A stretch of DNA of 63,961 nucleotides, the filler included, from Reticulomyxa filosa (Eukaryota > Protista > Foraminifera), in NCBI GenBank assembly GCA_000512085.1. It is 17 parts of 17 records of this genome, joined end to end, with 100 filler letters (N's around TTAATTAATTAA, not from the genome) between each part and the next. Parts side by side here need not be neighbours in the genome. Positions count along the whole stretch, not along the records: positions 62,913 to 63,961 come from ASPP01034129.1; 16 more parts are not named here. The stretch is one strand, 5' to 3'. Position numbers and translations under genes: made by a program. Of this stretch, positions 63,158-63,961 are shown piece by piece (position 1 is the first letter of the stretch; each line of letters opens with the position of its first letter). The notes beneath the pieces are model-generated. The model ran no database searches. It was not told the origin of the DNA and was given only the letters and a program-made list of their open reading frames with translations.

Positions 63158-63961
63158 TTAACAAAAAAAATTTGGTTTCCGGGCTTTGGTCCCTTCTTCT
63201 TGCTTTCCGGCCTTTCCTCGCGTTGTGTCTCCGCGCATGTTAATCCGCCATTTAGTTTTCCGGTTGACATGAGTGTAATGTATTTGGGCATCTTGCCCTT
63301 CCCTTTTGTCCCGGTGTCCCCGATTGTGGCTTTTAGTTTGCCAATGATGAAAGGGGATTTTTTTTTCTTGTTCTGCATCTTTATTATTCTTTCTTTTATT
63401 CTTCTTTCTATTTGCCCTCTTCTTCGGTTTCTGAGGTCCATTCTTGCCTCCAAGTTTTTCTCTTGCTTTGCGAATCATATCACATTGCAATGAATCACTT
63501 GGATGCTGCTTTCGGCATAATACACATTTATGTTTGCTTGTGTCATTTTTATATCGACATTTTGCCGCTTCGTGATTTGCCAATCCTCAATACTTACATA
63601 CTTTGTGCTTCTTTGGGCATTTACGAACAATATGGTTCAATCTATAGCATTTCTTGCATTGCTTGAAATGCGATTTTGGCCTTGATTTGCTTTTGTCAAA
63701 TAGTTCCACTTTCACCATTGAATTCCAATCTGAATATCATTGTCTTTTAAGATCTTGACAATATCTTCAGTCTTGGATTGTTTGACGTTATTTTGGATTA
63801 TCGTTGCTTGTTTTTGGTATCATGCATATCAATACAATATCAATTCCATTTCTAATGCCACTATGCATACTGGCATTTGATAATTCCTAGTGGCAGACAT
63901 GTTCTTTTTTTTTAGATAGGTTGCAGTGGGGGCGTGTCAAGTGTTGAACTACTCTCACGCT
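63158..63961 (-). mobile_element. Degenerate gag-like ORF1 (three CCHC zinc knuckles) of a non-LTR retrotransposon
   Basis: 'QCKKCYRLNHIVRKC..VCKY*GLANHEAAKC..KCVLCRKQHPSDSLQC' followed by a basic tail. In-frame TGA at 63587-63589 and a frameshift near 63720. Confidence 0.75.

Noticed and set aside
63587-63589. Genome-wide TGA reassignment
   Set aside because: TGA terminates many genes here (WD40 at 650 and 16196, PDE, ES1, CASP, SERINC), and the element is otherwise decayed.

Overview
This is not one locus. It is 17 unrelated contigs joined by 16 artificial 100-nt spacers (N-run + TTAATTAATTAA + N-run), so adjacency across spacers has no meaning. Sixteen segments look like an AT-rich, intron-containing, poly-Asn-rich protist nuclear genome. 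The WD40 family with the 'HWIR.L.IKLGWI.DFDK' leader resembles the foraminiferan Reticulomyxa filosa (recalled, not searched). One segment (36030-38035) is GC-rich bacterial DNA carrying ribC and prfC. Recognisable eukaryotic genes: five WD40 paralogs (four in an alternating-orientation array), a two-pore channel fused to a cyclic-nucleotide-binding domain and a DEP domain, a mitochondrial carrier, a class I PDE, ES1/GATD3, an RGS protein, golgin CASP, a KA1-tailed CAMK-group kinase, CTL/SLC44, an EST1/SMG7-like protein, SERINC, a CAP-Gly protein, an Aat-like aminoacyl-tRNA-protein transferase, and two non-LTR retrotransposon relics. The best novelty candidates are: (1) a 307-nt minus-strand RNA gene at 57740-58046, a tRNA shell whose anticodon loop is replaced by an A:U helix and a multi-helix domain of about 210 nt; (2) the CNBD-TPC-EF-DEP channel; (3) introns with GTT/GC donors, oligo-A acceptors and internal inverted repeats. 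Several single-base frameshifts are probably sequencing errors. Family assignments come from reading motifs by eye; no searches were run.
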